From positions 186,001-250,000 of the forward strand of contig VJWM01000106.1 in NCBI GenBank assembly GCA_010909165.1: a stretch of 64,000 bases of DNA. Direction: 5' to 3'. The DNA is from Anthoceros angustus (taxonomy: Eukaryota > Plantae > Anthocerotophyta). A program made the position numbers and the translations under genes. The number at the start of each line of letters is the position of its first letter. Positions within the stretch are counted from its first letter, which is position 1. Shown piece by piece: positions 1 through 13,600 of this stretch. The notes under the pieces were generated by a model. The model saw nothing but the letters and a program-made list of their open reading frames with translations. It was not told where the DNA came from and made no database searches.

Positions 1-290
1 CTTTCCGCATCCACCATGCTCCCACATTTTGCGTACATCCCAACCAGAGCTGTTCCCAAAAACACATCCGATGCCCAGTCGTGTGCCACCATGTCGGCAT
101 GAATTTTTCTGCCATACTCCAGATCCACAAGGCTTCCACATGCTTTCAGCACGCTGAGCAGGATCTGCTTGCTTGGCTTGCCTCCTCTCGTCTGTAGCTC
201 CTTGTGTTTTCTCAAAGCTTGCCGGTGCACATCCTGAGCCTCCCTTGAGATTGTGGCGTCCCAGGCCAAGACACTGGGTTGTGCCAACAT
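1..290 (-). CDS. PLS-class PPR protein, 5' part (runs off the left edge; absent from the ORF track)
   Basis: Manual translation from the ATG at 290: MLAQPSVLAWDATIS...ILLSVLKACGSLVDLEYGRKIHADMVAHDWASDVFLGTALVGMYAKCGSMVDAE, which are typical P-L-S motifs. Confidence 0.85.
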   Translation of the reverse strand, partial: MLAQPSVLAWDATISREAQDVHRQALRKHKELQTRGGKPSKQILLSVLKACGSLVDLEYGRKIHADMVAHDWASDVFLGTALVGMYAKCGSMVDAE

Positions 291-493
291 ACTGAACTAC
301 GAGATGATTTTCTAGCTGGAGCAGACGCTATAACATGTACATACTGCTTCAACGTGGGGTGTTTCCTTCCTTGACATGCACATATTCTGCAGCTGGTGTT
401 TGAGTCCTTGTAGAAGAGGAAGGCCCAGCAAAGACTCAGAGCTGGGGATGCCGCTGATGAGCAGTCTGTGTGGCACGTAAAGGACGCAACATT

Positions 494-3400
494 ATGTTCT
501 CCTGTTCCGTTACAAGCGTCGGCGAGCAGGCGTCGGCTGGCCTCTCGTGTCATGTGCTTGATATTTGCAACACTCGGATACTCCTCGAGTGCCCTCTTGA
601 TCTGAATGCTTCTTTGCTGTTTTTGCCTGCTCTGACTGCCGAGCGTGGCGCGGATGGCCTCTCTGCCCTTCCAGACCCCGATGCTCAGCATGTCAGCAAG
701 AAGCAGAAGGTGGTGGACAGCTCGTCGTGGTCGTCGAAAGAGGGGGGCTTGCCACATCCTTTCAAGGAGGTTCACAGGAAGGTGTTTGTTGAGCAGGAGC
801 CATGGTACAAGTTGGCCGACCTTGGGACCCTGGACTGGTCCTCCATCGACGCTGTGTTGATTTCAAACCCCAAGGCCATGCTGGGCTTACCGTATCTGAT
901 GCAGAAGCCTGGATTTTGTGGCAAGGTATCTCGTTTGCAAACTGTTTTTCATTCGTCTGTGCTCCTGTTGTTGCTGCTGCTGTTTTTTTTACTTTTTGTG
1001 TCGGAATGGTGGTGGCTCTCTGAGCTGATGCTTCCTGTTTGTTCAGGTGTATGTTACTGATGCCGTAGCCAAGCTTGGCCAACTTATGATGGAGGAAATT
1101 ATTGCATTGCATGTGGACTACACTGCACAATTCGGAACATCAGACTCTGGGCAGCGTCCCCTTTGGCTGGAGCTAAGCGTGCTGCCAAGACTAAAGGACT
1201 TGGTTGTTGGTGCCAAGCCTTGGCATAAGTGTAACTGGCACCCAATTTACAGGTCAAGCTTGTCTCTCAGTTTGAGTATGTGCATTGACTACTCTGCGTT
1301 GCTGGTGCATGCGATTGTGCAGACTGGTGGTGTGAGCGTTGTTTTACTGTGGTTAGAACAAGAATATCTACTTCAGCAGAATGATGTGACCAATTTATAT
1401 GGGGTGTTTTTTTCTTGTGCAGTGCAGGAAATCTGAGGACTTGCATGAAGATGCTGCACCGCCTCCGATATGGAGAGGTTGCTAGCATAGATGGGTACCT
1501 GGAGATCAAACCTGTGAGCTCTGGCCAAGGAGTTGGAACAGCAAACTGGATCATCACGGGAGCGGATACAAGACTTGCTTACATTTCAGGAGCTTTGTTT
1601 TGTGATAACCATTCTAGCATCTTCAATGCTGCAGCTCTTTCAGGCAGCCATTTCCTGCTGTTTGGAGAAGTAGAACCCGTAGACATAGAGCCCAGTTCGT
1701 CTCTTCTCAAGATTGATGGGGAGACATGCTCCGAGAGTGTAGATTGTGTCCCTTCTGAGAATAAGGCTGGCACTGCCGTAGGAGGGGATTCCCGAGCTAA
1801 GCCACCACCGGCTAAGAGGTCAAGTAGTTCACGAACCCCTTCCTTGCGTAACGTCTCCAATGCAAGGGTGCTGACACAGAAATCGCGCTCAAGTGAGAGC
1901 GAGTCACCACCAGTGCCTCCACCCAAGTTTTCTAGGCAGGGGAGCTCCAACAGTTATGCTACCGCTCAGCAGATTCTAACAGTGGAATGGAAGTTGAATT
2001 TAACTGCAATTTGCAAGGCTGTTTTAGATGCCACAACCTCAGGGGGTTGTGTTCTTATTCCAGTTTGGCCTTCTGGGTTCTTCATGGAGCTGATTGAAGA
2101 GATATCGTCTTCTCTGTCTGCAGGAGCAGTGTGAGTGTCTTTACGTCCCATCTGATGAAAGCAGCTTGTTGCAACTGCAAGTTTATTGTCGTTAGTTTAT
2201 GAAAGGTTGCTAGGCATCTCACCACCGTCTACTTATGCGCTATTTTGGGATGCAGAACAGTGCCCATGTTCTATATATCACCAGCTGCTGAGGAGTTTTT
2301 GGCTTATGTGAACACCATACCAGAATGGTTAAGTTGTTCGCGGCAAGAAAAGGTAGTTTCAAATACAACTCTCTTTCTCAGATGTCATGTTTGTTGAGGT
2401 TATGAGTTACAGGTTCGTATTTGACAATTTGGTGCCCTCAGAAACTGACCAGCACGTACACTGACCTCTCCTCCCAAACCACTGCTGCAGTTGTATGCGG
2501 GAGATCCTCTGTTTCGCCACATTGATCTTCTTCAAGATAAAAGGCTCCGTCATTTTTCTTGTTTGAGCTCACCTGAGCTTCAGTACGAACCCTTGCTGCC
2601 TCAGCCTGTTTACTTCAGCAATGCTTAAAATGTTGTTTCATGTTAATGCTTAAATTTTTGAAAGCTAACTGACTGTGATGTTGCAGACGGTGCTGGCAGG
2701 AACCGTGCGTAGTATTCGCATCACACTGGAATATGAGAATGGGCCCAGCTGTCTATTTGCTTGAACATTGGCGTCAGAATCCTCTAAATCTGCTTATCAC
2801 CCTGGAGGTTCGCAGCCAAGCTATTTCCTGACTTGAGTCTGGTGGGTCTTGACCAACAACTAACACCCCCTTGACTAATGTTGAGGCTTTATGGATGCAG
2901 TCTAATCTGGCAGTGGAGCTTGCCCTGGCACCATTTTTACCAATGGCTATGAAATCTTTGCATTTCCCAGTCCCTTCGAGGTTACGGTACGCTCTTCCTT
3001 AATAAGCTGTCTTGCCTTCCATCATTTGAGAAACCATGATACCATACTCATATGTGGGTCCCTTCTTATGGCAGTCCACAGGAGGTTGCGTGTTTGATAA
3101 AATTGGTGCAGCCTAACTCAGTGCTGGTGAGTCACAGCCATCTTATTCTTGCCGGCAGGAGGTGCTGCTAGAAATAATTGTAAGGCTTGACCATCTCCAC
3201 CTCTTAATGCTGTTCTGGGGATGATATTGTGTAGCTTCCAGGCACAGTACGAGAAAATCTGGATGGAATAGTGGCAACGTCATTTAACAGCAAATTTCTC
3301 CAGTACTGTGAAACGGGGAGGCCAATCTACCTGTCTAACGTCCAAAAGCATGTAACTGCCGACATGTCTTCGGACGTAGCTGCCAAAATGCACTTGGAGG

Positions 3401-3780
3401 AGCTGAAACTTGGAAGGTCTCCTGGTACATACATCTGGGGAGAGTTAAGCTGTAAGGATGGGAATTGGTCCTTGGATTATCCTCGTTTGACTCGACCCCA
3501 CAAACCCCGTCTCCGGTGGGGTAAGCTCAATTTGGAGAAGCTTTTGGCAGGACTTAAGGAGAGAGGTTTGGTCTGCATCTATATGAAAGATGAAGTCAGG
3601 CTTGGGGGAATTGGAAATGTGTCGGGAGAACGAGCAATTGTAAAGACTAGTGTTGTAGACATAGTTGCACCATACGAAGGGAGGATTGAAATAAGCGCCA
3701 ATGAGACCCATGTCAAGGTCAGTCATCTTGCTACTCGGTTGCTTGTTACGGAAGCTTTGAATAGCGCCCTTGAATCCTAA
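494..3780 (+). CDS. INTS9: Integrator complex subunit 9 (MBL/beta-CASP fold), multi-exon
   Basis: N-terminus CHVLDICNTRILLECPLDL; IDAVLISNPKAMLGLPYL; YVTDAVAKLGQLMMEE; SSGQGVGTANWII; GGCVLIP; last exon ends at 3780. GT-AG introns separate the ORF pieces. Confidence 0.85.
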
Positions 3781-4133
3781 AGTGAAACAACTTGAACTTC
3801 AGTGGTGCCGTGGTATCCATTTTGTGTGTGGTGTTGCATCCAATACCCTGCTTAACCCCTAAGTGACCGGGCTATTTTTCAGATTTTTTGAGGTCGATAA
3901 ATCTCTATTTTTTCCTCTGCCTGATCTACTGACCGTTTTCTTTTTCGGGCTCGATGGCAATTACCGGCTTCTCTTCCTCTTCCTTCCCATTCATGTACAA
4001 AAGTGACTTTTTGATGCACCATGTTTCGGAGACCTAAAATAAACATATTTCTTGAAAATGAGAGCGTTGCAGAAGTGAGAAGTTACAGCGTCACGATGGA
4101 TTGTCAAAAATGCTATAACGTTCCAACTTGTTA

Positions 4134-4298
4134 GTAATTCATCCGGATAGGTTTGCAAGTTCCTCTCATTTTCTCACTCACTTTGTTCTTGCCTTGGAGT
4201 TCGATTCAGCTTGCAAGTAATTCATCTGATAGCTTTGCAAGTTCCTCTCATTTTCTCGCTCACTTTGCTGTTGCCTTGCAGTTCGATTAAGCTTGGAA
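4134..4298. repeat. Tandem duplication, ~83 bp x2
   Basis: gtaattcatc...ttgcaagttcctctcattttctc...gttcgatt.agcttg occurs at 4134 and 4217. Confidence 0.85.
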
Positions 4299-4562
4299 GA
4301 TGTGGGATATAGGTTGTGTGACTTGGATCCATAGACATTGTAGGATGTGGTTTGTGTGACATGGATGCATGCACGCAAGATTCTTGTAAAAATGGTTCCA
4401 CAATTGGGACAAGTAGCATCATAACCATTTAATCAAGAAGCAAGATAGGATTTGTGAAACAAGTGAGAACATGCATTTAGTTTTATGATCACTTGTTTCT
4501 TTTAAATATGATATAGACAAATGTTACACTTATGAAGTGCATCACCATCAAAAATAATCTTT

Positions 4563-4754
4563 TTATTTAACGTGATCACTATTAACACCAAAAAATATCA
4601 AAATATTGATTGGTCTCATAATTTTACTACCATCCAATATAATACAAAAATTAGGACGATCCCACCGAAAACCTCTTTCACGACTTTGAGAAATTTTGTT
4701 AATCTTTTTATGTGCTCTCTTCCACGCAGCTTGATAGATATTACAAGTACCCAT
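4563..4754 (-). mobile_element. Possible degenerate hAT (DUF659-like) transposase remnant
   Basis: WDRPNFCIILDGSKIMRPINIL loosely resembles the hAT motif W..xGCSIxxDGW...RxxINFL; lies in AT-rich intergenic DNA. Weak. Confidence 0.2.
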
Positions 4755-5763
4755 GTGGTTTACTCACTCAAGCTCAAAAGAATACATCAGCATCCCGTCA
4801 CCATGTACATATTAAGTTGTTTTTTTTTCTTTTTTTAAAGAAAGAAGCTACTACTTTTGTGCTTTTCTTGTAGGAGTTGCATCATTTTTGTTCTTGATTG
4901 TCTGGAGTTCTTTGTGTGTTTGGGTTGTTTTCCGCTCTCCAAGCTTGTTTTGCCTTCAGGGTTTGCTATTTGGTTTCCAATCACTTTAGTTGTGCAGCTA
5001 CATTCTATCTTCCAATCACTTTAGTTTTGCAAACTTTGGTTGCTCCGTTGACTCTCTATCAAGGAGCTTGATTGTAATATCTTCTAATTATTAATGGTGT
5101 ACAAATTGTTCCTATGAAAAAAAACTATTTTTCTCGTGATTGTGTACCAAAATAAATATCCGCATATCTTCTCCCACAAGACAAGACCAGGGGAGAAAGT
5201 CGCCGCACAACAATGTGTTATATACCAATTGAATTGAGGATTTGATCGACTCCTATAACGAATATTTTATGTACCTACGTAAGACTGGAGACCAATCCTA
5301 TAAGCGGATAATGTAATGTATATGAGACTAGAGATCATCCTCCATAATAGGTAGAGCAAGCGAGCAATGGTGCTGCCTTGGGTTTAATGGTACTACTTGT
5401 ATGTGCCTAAAATCCATAGAAGGTTCATAACACATATCATGTCATGAACAGAACATACTATGACTGTGGGCAACATTTAGCAAGGATTACAATCGACAGG
5501 GGTGAGTAGTCGACAAACCCCTCGGGGTCAAACGGAACACGGTCATGCTTGGAGAACTCGAGGGCCGGGAACCTTTCTCTTTGTGGCTGCTATGCATAAC
5601 TATGAGAACCCAATTTTGATAGATTGTTCCTCTACCCAATACAGGTAGGAGACAGTACCTATTGACAAGGGGACAGAAGTCCGGCATTGCGGACAAACTG
5701 GACTGCAGCAGACTACCTACCTACTTAGATTACAGGTGTATGTAGGTGTAATCAGGCAGATCA

Positions 5764-8700
5764 TCAGAGAGGGCGTAGGCTCAATGGCCTTTCAACTGCT
5801 ATTTCGAGAGGACTTGGAACTCTCAAATTTGCATGGGGAGCAGGCAAGGTTTCAACAGACTCTAGTCGCCTAAACACCTCCAGGGCCATCTCGCTATGCA
5901 GCTTGAGGCAATGCCATGCCATCTGCACAACCCGGTGACCCTGTTAATTAGCCCAGTAGTCTGAGCTAGCCACAATGGAAGGATGCGGGTCCTGTGCTTA
6001 CCGTGTTACATTCTGCGTCGGGGTCATCTCCTGCAATCCGCATGGCCCATTCTCGAATCCATTCTAGCCCGTTCGCAAGTGCAGCATTTCCTCCTCTCAG
6101 CGCAGCCCCAATGTCGGCGGGATGCAGTGCTACTAGCACCCGGGATGCAGCGTAAACCGCAGCCCGCCTAACGAACGGTTCGGGGTGGTTGGCGACACTT
6201 CTGTACCTCCAACCCAAATCCAACATTCGTATGGTAAGTCAGTAACTTTCATGACGAACCAGCCTACTTAGATACATTTCCGCATTAGAAGGAATGACTT
6301 GGTAATAACGCACCTTGAGCTTAAGAGGTCCAGGAGATGTCCCCCGAGTGGGGGAGCCTCTGGTTGCAACGATATACATTCCATGCAGGTGCCTAGCATG
6401 GACAACATTTGTGCTAGAACGATGAAGTCCCTGTTCACGAAGTCCACTCCATGGCTCTTCTGATCATACCTCCTCATAACAGGTAACATGAACGCTGCAG
6501 CTAAATGTGCAAATCCATGTCCTGAACGTGGGGCAGCAGGAGGACCCCCCATCCTCTCTTTGCGAAGCTGCATTGAGCGATTACCCCACCTTCGGGTCAC
6601 ACCTGGTATCCTATCTCCGACCCTGACTGGTATATCTCTTTCATACACTGGACCCCAGCTTAATAAAGTCTCTGTGCCGTGTGAAACATCCATCCAAGGG
6701 CCCGAACCCGAAGGACCCTTGCTACTCCCTGGTCCATACCAGGATAATTGATTTGATCCTGGAACTTCTTCAATAACTGAACGACCGGAACTCTGAGTGG
6801 CGCCAGCAAGCTCTCTCGGAGCATCTGCAGCCGTGAGGAAATCATGACACGTGGTGAACATAACAAGAATATATTCTGTTGTGCACAACCTACAAACTGT
6901 GGTAATATTGAATGGATGCAAAGAAGCCATCGTGACTGATGACCTACCTGACATCACACTAAGAATCAAGAGGCGCTGGCTTATATCAACCTGGGCCGAG
7001 TACAGCTCCCTCACCAGCACTTCGACTGTCTTCATTGGGGAGCAAACAAGCAAACTTACAAGAGCATTATGTCTCCTTATCTCGGCAGATTCTTCCTCCC
7101 CTTCCACAGCAACATCGCTACATCGAACATGGACCAAAGCATGCGTCAGATCTTGGGCGATGATTTCCAACTCATCTGGCTTTGCTCGGATAAGCTTATC
7201 CAAAACTTGCAGGGCTTTCTCCACCTACAAAAAGTTCCAAAAGTCAACAACTTGGACATAAGAATTTGGTAATCACCTACAACTTTTGACATGGAGGATG
7301 CCAAGTTTTTGTTTCAACAAACAACTCACCGCATCAGGATGATCTCCTTTCCTTAGATCAGTGGCACATTCCGTAAGATGTACAGGGAATTTCCCTCTAT
7401 CCAAATCCCCAGTGTCATCTGCCATGTCGTACGGCTGAAATTCACTTTCAGAATCAGATGCGCCACTTCCTTCAGCATCATCTAGCCCATCGTAAGGGCT
7501 GTCGTCCAGATAGTTCACAACCACATCTGGATCATCCTCAATCTGTTGTTTCTTACGCCCTGGTTTTGTTGATCTTTCCTTCTGTTCTCCCGGGCTTCCA
7601 CTCTGTTCCTTCACATCATCCTCCACTGGCACCGCTCCAGCACTGAGATCTAGTGCTGCAATCACTGACTCAGATGAACCTTTTGTGTTTCCTCTGCTGG
7701 TATCTGGCATGAGGTTATCCCAATCAAGAAGATCCCTTTTTGTCTCCTTGTCACGCTCATTAAGCCACAAGGGGTTTTCGGGAGTTGCAACGATTGATAC
7801 AGCAAATGCCACCCGAGCTGCCATGTCTTGTATCTCTGCAATGGGACTGTGCAACCTGTCTATGACAAAATCAACAAAATGTCAAAAGAATTACTTAAGA
7901 CACAGGAATAACCCCAATCAGAGACACGTCACGAATGTCAAAGAGACACAAATCCCTCAAATGCTCACTAACGCAGGTCACATGTCTTACTTGTAATTCC
8001 ATCGAACACAAATTTCTGCAAGTTTTCCGTACTGTTTAACTGCTCCCTATTCATTGCTTGCAAACAAAATCCAAGAGCAGCAGTCACATCTGTGTAGAAG
8101 AGTTAAATGTCCCAAGATCAACCAAAGTGTGTGGAAGCACAAAGAAGGCAACACAACAATTGGTGATTAGACAAGCACAAAACAACTGAAGTTTGCAAGG
8201 ATACAGGCCTGGTGACGTAGTGGAGCAGATTGTATAAAACGCACCGGAGACCATGTCTCTGCAATGCGCTTAACTGCTAACTTGTTCAATCCCCTCTCTG
8301 ATACTTGCTCATTCCCCAAAACACCATAATCCAGCAGCCATTTTAAGCAACGAACTGGAAATACTCTTGACAGCAAGAATGTCTCCAACAGTATATTACT
8401 GAAACAATAAAAGTTACGCAGCAATCACAGTAGATTAAAAATACAGCAGGAGTGTTTTTTTCAAAACAAGGCATACACACTCTATCCACCAAATTGCACC
8501 TGTGCATTGGCTGATGGAGGTCGCCAAACAGACTCCATAATATAGAACGGGCCTGAACATTGGAGATGTCTGTAGCTTCCATCTCCCTCAGTAGCATTTC
8601 TGCCCATCTTTCCATTGCGTGCGAATCTTTAAAGGAATCAGCAACCAATTGCCAGGGAGTGGATGGTACATGAACTGGGGAACTTGTCACTGCCTGTGCT

Positions 8701-10283
8701 ACATATTCAGTCTTACTATGTATTCCTGTGTCCTCTTGAACATACTGAAGCAACAGAGGAATCATCTGCGAAGCAACAACATCTGGCCCACCAGTAAGAT
8801 TAGTGCCGAAACAGATGCCATATTTATATTCACCAATTTCTGACTTATTCACTGTTTCCACGTGAACAGAACACAATTGATGGCCTTGAACTGGTAACAA
8901 AGAACAGAAAATCCCTGAATGTACCTGCATGTCCACGTCTGCAAAGACGGGCTAGTGTCTCAGCGATGAAGCTGAAGACAGGATCAGACCCTTTCAGACT
9001 TCCTGAGATGTCCACCCATCGTTCCTCTGCTGTTGTCAGCAGCTGTGATGTCACGATGGTGAAGTAAAATCTGAATAGTGAAGGGAAGACCACACCACTC
9101 TTCGTGTTTTTCTTCTACAGAGTCTGGCAAAACAATGAGAAAAGAGCAGGGGAGGATACGGAGAGCGCAGCTCTGCTGGAGCGCTCACTTCCACCCTGTC
9201 AGGAATGGATGCGACTACTTGTGCCACTTTCCGTAACAGTTGCACATCAAAGGTGTTCATCCTCGACTCCACACGAGTATGAGCAGCACTCTCACTTTCC
9301 TGCTTGGTAATGTCTACAAAGGACATTGCAATGCCTTTAACACCCAAACTCCTCACGAGGATTAACACTAGCAGGCTGGAAACCAGAAGCAAATTTCTAC
9401 GTTAGGAAACGATCCACACACACCACCTTAACAAACCAATGATCGTAAAACTTATCCACGTATCAAAACTAACCGTTCAGCTTGCCGAGATGCAGCCTTG
9501 GAATCCCCTGGTTCCTGCATCAAAGGATCTGGTCTAAGCATGGGAACCAGAGCGAGCAAAGAATCCACTGGGCGAGCGTTGATGAAGAAGGCATCAAAAT
9601 ACACATCCCGTGCTGCAGTTGGAAAACATGCCAGCCAGTCGGGAGCCACCTCTACACAAGTCATCACACCAAGTAGCACTCAGCACCAAGTAACCGGAAT
9701 TCTCAAGCAAAAAGCAACACCAAAACTAAGAGGAGAGGGAGAAATACTCAACGGTCCAACAACACATTGGCTAGCCCGGAAAACAATCCACTGCGACAGA
9801 ACAACATCCACAAAGCTGCTTCCACCTCCTCCTCATGGTTACTCGCCAGAGCTAGCCCCCGACACGCAGCAGTAAGCTGCAAGATGATCAGAATCCAATG
9901 TTGGCCCAAGCATTCAAACAAATGAAAAAAAACGAGCAATATAAGCAGTCTAAGCCATTCCAATACCTCCTCGATGGCACGTATCGTACCATCCTCCGGC
10001 CAGTCTGCAGACAATCAGCAATTACCACCGAATAAGCACCCGGCGCCACAACTCCGTAACCTATAACCATCTCTCAGGCATGTTCATCCGAATTACCGTA
10101 CGGAGGAGGTCCAGAGGAGCCGTGCAGAAGCGAGGCTACTAAATGCAGGCCTGCCATGACGCAATTCACGTCTTTGGCGTCCACTATGACATATCTCAAC
10201 ATGCGGATTAGGTCCCTCAGCATCTCCTCCACGCTCCTCGAACCGGCGAAGAAGACGTCTTCCAATTCTTCCTCCTCCGCCAT
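5764..10283 (-). CDS. TELO2: TEL2/TELO2 (TTT complex, PIKK co-chaperone), multi-exon
   Basis: IAETLARLCRRGH; TPENPLWL; acidic stretch then FQPYDMADD; KLIRAKPDEL...LVHVRC; HPEPFVRRAAVYA; last exon MAWHCLKLHSEMALE, stop at 5764-5766. ATG of MAEEEELED at 10283. Confidence 0.85.
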
Positions 10284-10622
10284 AGCTCCTCCAGTTGTCC
10301 GCCACAGACGATTTTCGTTGTACCAAGCAACTGATCTAAAAGATCCCAAGCGAAGCTAAATATGTACCAAGCTTATACACGAAGCGAAGCAAACAACCCG
10401 TCTAAGAAAAGCCCAAGCGAAGCTGATACAAGCGTGGTCGTTTTTGGGCGGGAAACCGGCGAGGAAGGAGGTCCAGCCAGCTGAGACGCGCTGGTGTACA
10501 GACATAGACGTATCGTCATGGAGCACATGAGACGTGAGGCGCAAATCAGACTGCCCTGTTCCTTTTGCTAATTCACCTTCTTCCTTGCATGCGCTTCCGG
10601 CTTTCAATTCTGTTGCGTTTTA
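10284..10622. promoter_or_regulatory. Putative bidirectional promoter between TELO2 and SMC6
   Basis: About 340 bp separate the divergent starts; inferred from gene orientation only. Confidence 0.5.
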
Positions 10623-13600
10623 ATGGTCTGTCTTTCCAACAGGCTGCAGGATGCGGCTCCGGAGGATGACGAGGTCGTGGGGTTCCGAGGGCCGGCGGCA
10701 AGGCCGTCTTTGTTTGGAGGACCGGGTGGTGTGAAGGGGTTGCGCTGCGAGGTGGAGCTGGGGTGGGAGGGTTTTGCAGTGCCGGACATGGACATGGAAG
10801 ATGAAGAAGGGTGCGGGGAGCAGGGCATGGAAGAGGAGGAGGAGGAGAGTGGGGAGAAGGCCGGTTTGATTAGGAGAATCAAAGTGGAGAACTTCATGTG
10901 CCATAGCAACCTGACCATTGAGCTCAATGAGCATGTGAATTTCATCACGGGGCAGAATGGGAGTGGCAAGAGCGCTCTGCTTACTGCTCTGTGTGTGGCT
11001 TTCGGCATTAAGGCGAAAGGTACGCAGCGGGCTAATACGCTGAAGGACTTCATCAAGACGGGTAGCTCCTACGCTCTGGTTGCTGTGGAGATGAAGAATG
11101 AGGGGGAGGATGCTTTCAGGCACGACGTTTATGGGGATACCATTTGCGTGGAGCGGAGGATCACCTCTTCGGGGACCAGCACGTTTGCGATCAAGGATTG
11201 TAAGGGCAGGAAGGTTGCAACCAAACGAGATGAGGTTGTGTCGTTGGTGGAGCACTTTAATATTGAAGTGCAGAATCCTTGTGTTATCATGACCCAGGAT
11301 AAGAGCAAGGAGTTTCTCCATAACGGAACGGCGAAGGATAAGTTCAAGTTCTTCTTCAAGTCCACGTTGCTGCAGCAAGTGAGTGAGGTTCTGACCCAGA
11401 TAAGCGAGAAGCTGGAGAGTGTGAGTGGCACTGTGGTGGAGTTGGAGAAGGGACTGGAGCCTCTGAATTTGTCGCTGCAGCAGTTGGCTGACCGGATTGA
11501 GAAACGACTGGAGATGGAGGGGTTAACTACGGCGATTGCAGATATGCAGAAGAAGCTGGCCTGGGCATGGGTTTGTGATGCTGAGAAGAATTACGAGGAA
11601 CAGTTGGAGAATTTGGAGAGGTTCAGGGGCAGAATGCCAACCTGCCAGAAGCTCATAGACGACTGTAAGGCCGAGCTGGAGAGGTGCACAGAGGCCCATG
11701 TTGAAAGTATGGCTCGGATTACCGCCATGCTGGACAATGCGCAAAGCATGGGGCAGGAACAAGAACTTGTCGCCAGGGAGTACGAGGAAGCTGCTAGAAA
11801 AGTGGCCTCCATCGAAGAGGATTCTGCGGTGAGGAGAAGAGCCATAGACAAGATAAAAGAGAATATCAGGGCTCTCCAAGGGGTTTCTGCTGAGTTGCAA
11901 GCCAGATTTGCCCGTGACACCCAAGCTGAGATGGAGGCAGGGCGAGTAGAGATGGAGCGTGTGAGAGCAGATCTGGATGCTGCAAAGGCTGAAGTTGACG
12001 CAGCTGCGCAGCTGGAGCAAGATTTGCAGAACGAGTTAACCAGCGCTGCAGAAGCTGTCAGGTCTATTGTGACTGAGCTGGAGGAGAAGCAGAGGGCGGT
12101 TCGGGACTTGGATGCCTGTGTGGTGCGTCTGCAGAGGGCGCAGACAAATACAGTGACAGCGTTTGGAGGTGAGAACGTACTCAATGTCTTGAGAGCCATC
12201 GAGCAACGGTGGCAGGGCTTCAGCAGGCCTCCTATAGGGCCCATTGGAGCTCATGTTTCTCTGTCTGGAGATAATTCCTGGTCCCTAGCTGTGGAAGCGG
12301 CTGTCGGGGGGCTTTTGAATGTCTTCGTGGTGCATAACCACCAGGATCTGCTTCTGCTTCGAAGGATCTCGACCGACTGCCGGTGCAAGCTAACGATCAT
12401 GATCTACGATTTTGATCGGCCTTTGATGTCGCTGCCTCAGCACATGCTTCCAGATCCTAATCTCACGACTGTCATGTCGGTCATCAACACCGACAATGCC
12501 ACGGTGATGAATGTCCTCGTTGATCAAGGCTCGGTCGAAAGGCAAGTGCTGGCGGAAAATTTTGATGCGGCCAAGGCTATTGCATTTTCGAGAGGAAGAA
12601 GCAATGTGAAAGAGGTGTTCACGAAGGATGGAATGAAGCTGTTTCTGAGGAGGGGTGTGGAGACCTCGCTGCCTAAAGACAAGAATCTTCGATCCGGAAG
12701 GCTTGGGGTTCGGTTTGATGAGGAGATCGAGAGGACCCGTCGCGAAATCGCGGAGGCCAGGGAGGTGATCGGATCTACGCAGCAGAGGAAGCGAGCAGCC
12801 GAAAACTCGAAGGCACAGTTGGAAGCTGAGAAAAATCGAGCCAAGAGGTCCAGGGTTGAAGCTCAGCATCGTCTGAGCGAGAAGGAATCATTCCTGCAGG
12901 AGCTCCAGGCAATAGCCAACTCACAGATCGCGGAAGCAGATCAGCCAAACACAGAAGAGATCGAACAGGACATCCGGGAGGCTGAAGCTGAATTGGAAGG
13001 CAAAGAAGCCGAGCTCCAGAAGATGCAAGTTCAGCTTGTGGTGGCACAGAGCAACTGTGATCGAGTGAAGAGCAACCTGCATGCCATCCGAGCTTCAGCC
13101 GACGAGAAGTCGGCTATCGTCCATGAAGCTGAGCAGGAGGTTCTAGCTCGGATGTCGAAGGTGAAGGAGGCGGAAGAAAAAGTAGCTCACTACGAGAAAG
13201 TGATGAAAGATCGAGTGCTAGCTGACATCCGCGAAGCGGAGGAAAAGGCTGTAAGTTTCAGGGAGCTGCAAGAGGAGCAGCGGGCGAAGGCTGAACAAGT
13301 ATGCGCCAGGAAGGACGTGAGCTTGGACGACGGTGCGACGCCGGAAACCTTGCAAGAAGAGCTCAGGCGGTTGCTAGCCAAGCAGAGAGTGCAAGGTGCG
13401 AGCACCGACGATTGCCCCGTCGAAGATCTCCAAATGCAAGCTCTTAAACTGCAGAAGAAAATCCTCAAGAGAGGAGCCGTCTACCATGGCATCAAGAAGA
13501 AGCTCGAGATGATCAGAACAGCCTTGGAGACGAGATACCAGTACTTCGGCAGGAACTGTCTTTACCTCAAAAGACAGCTCCACTGGAACTTCAATTGCCA

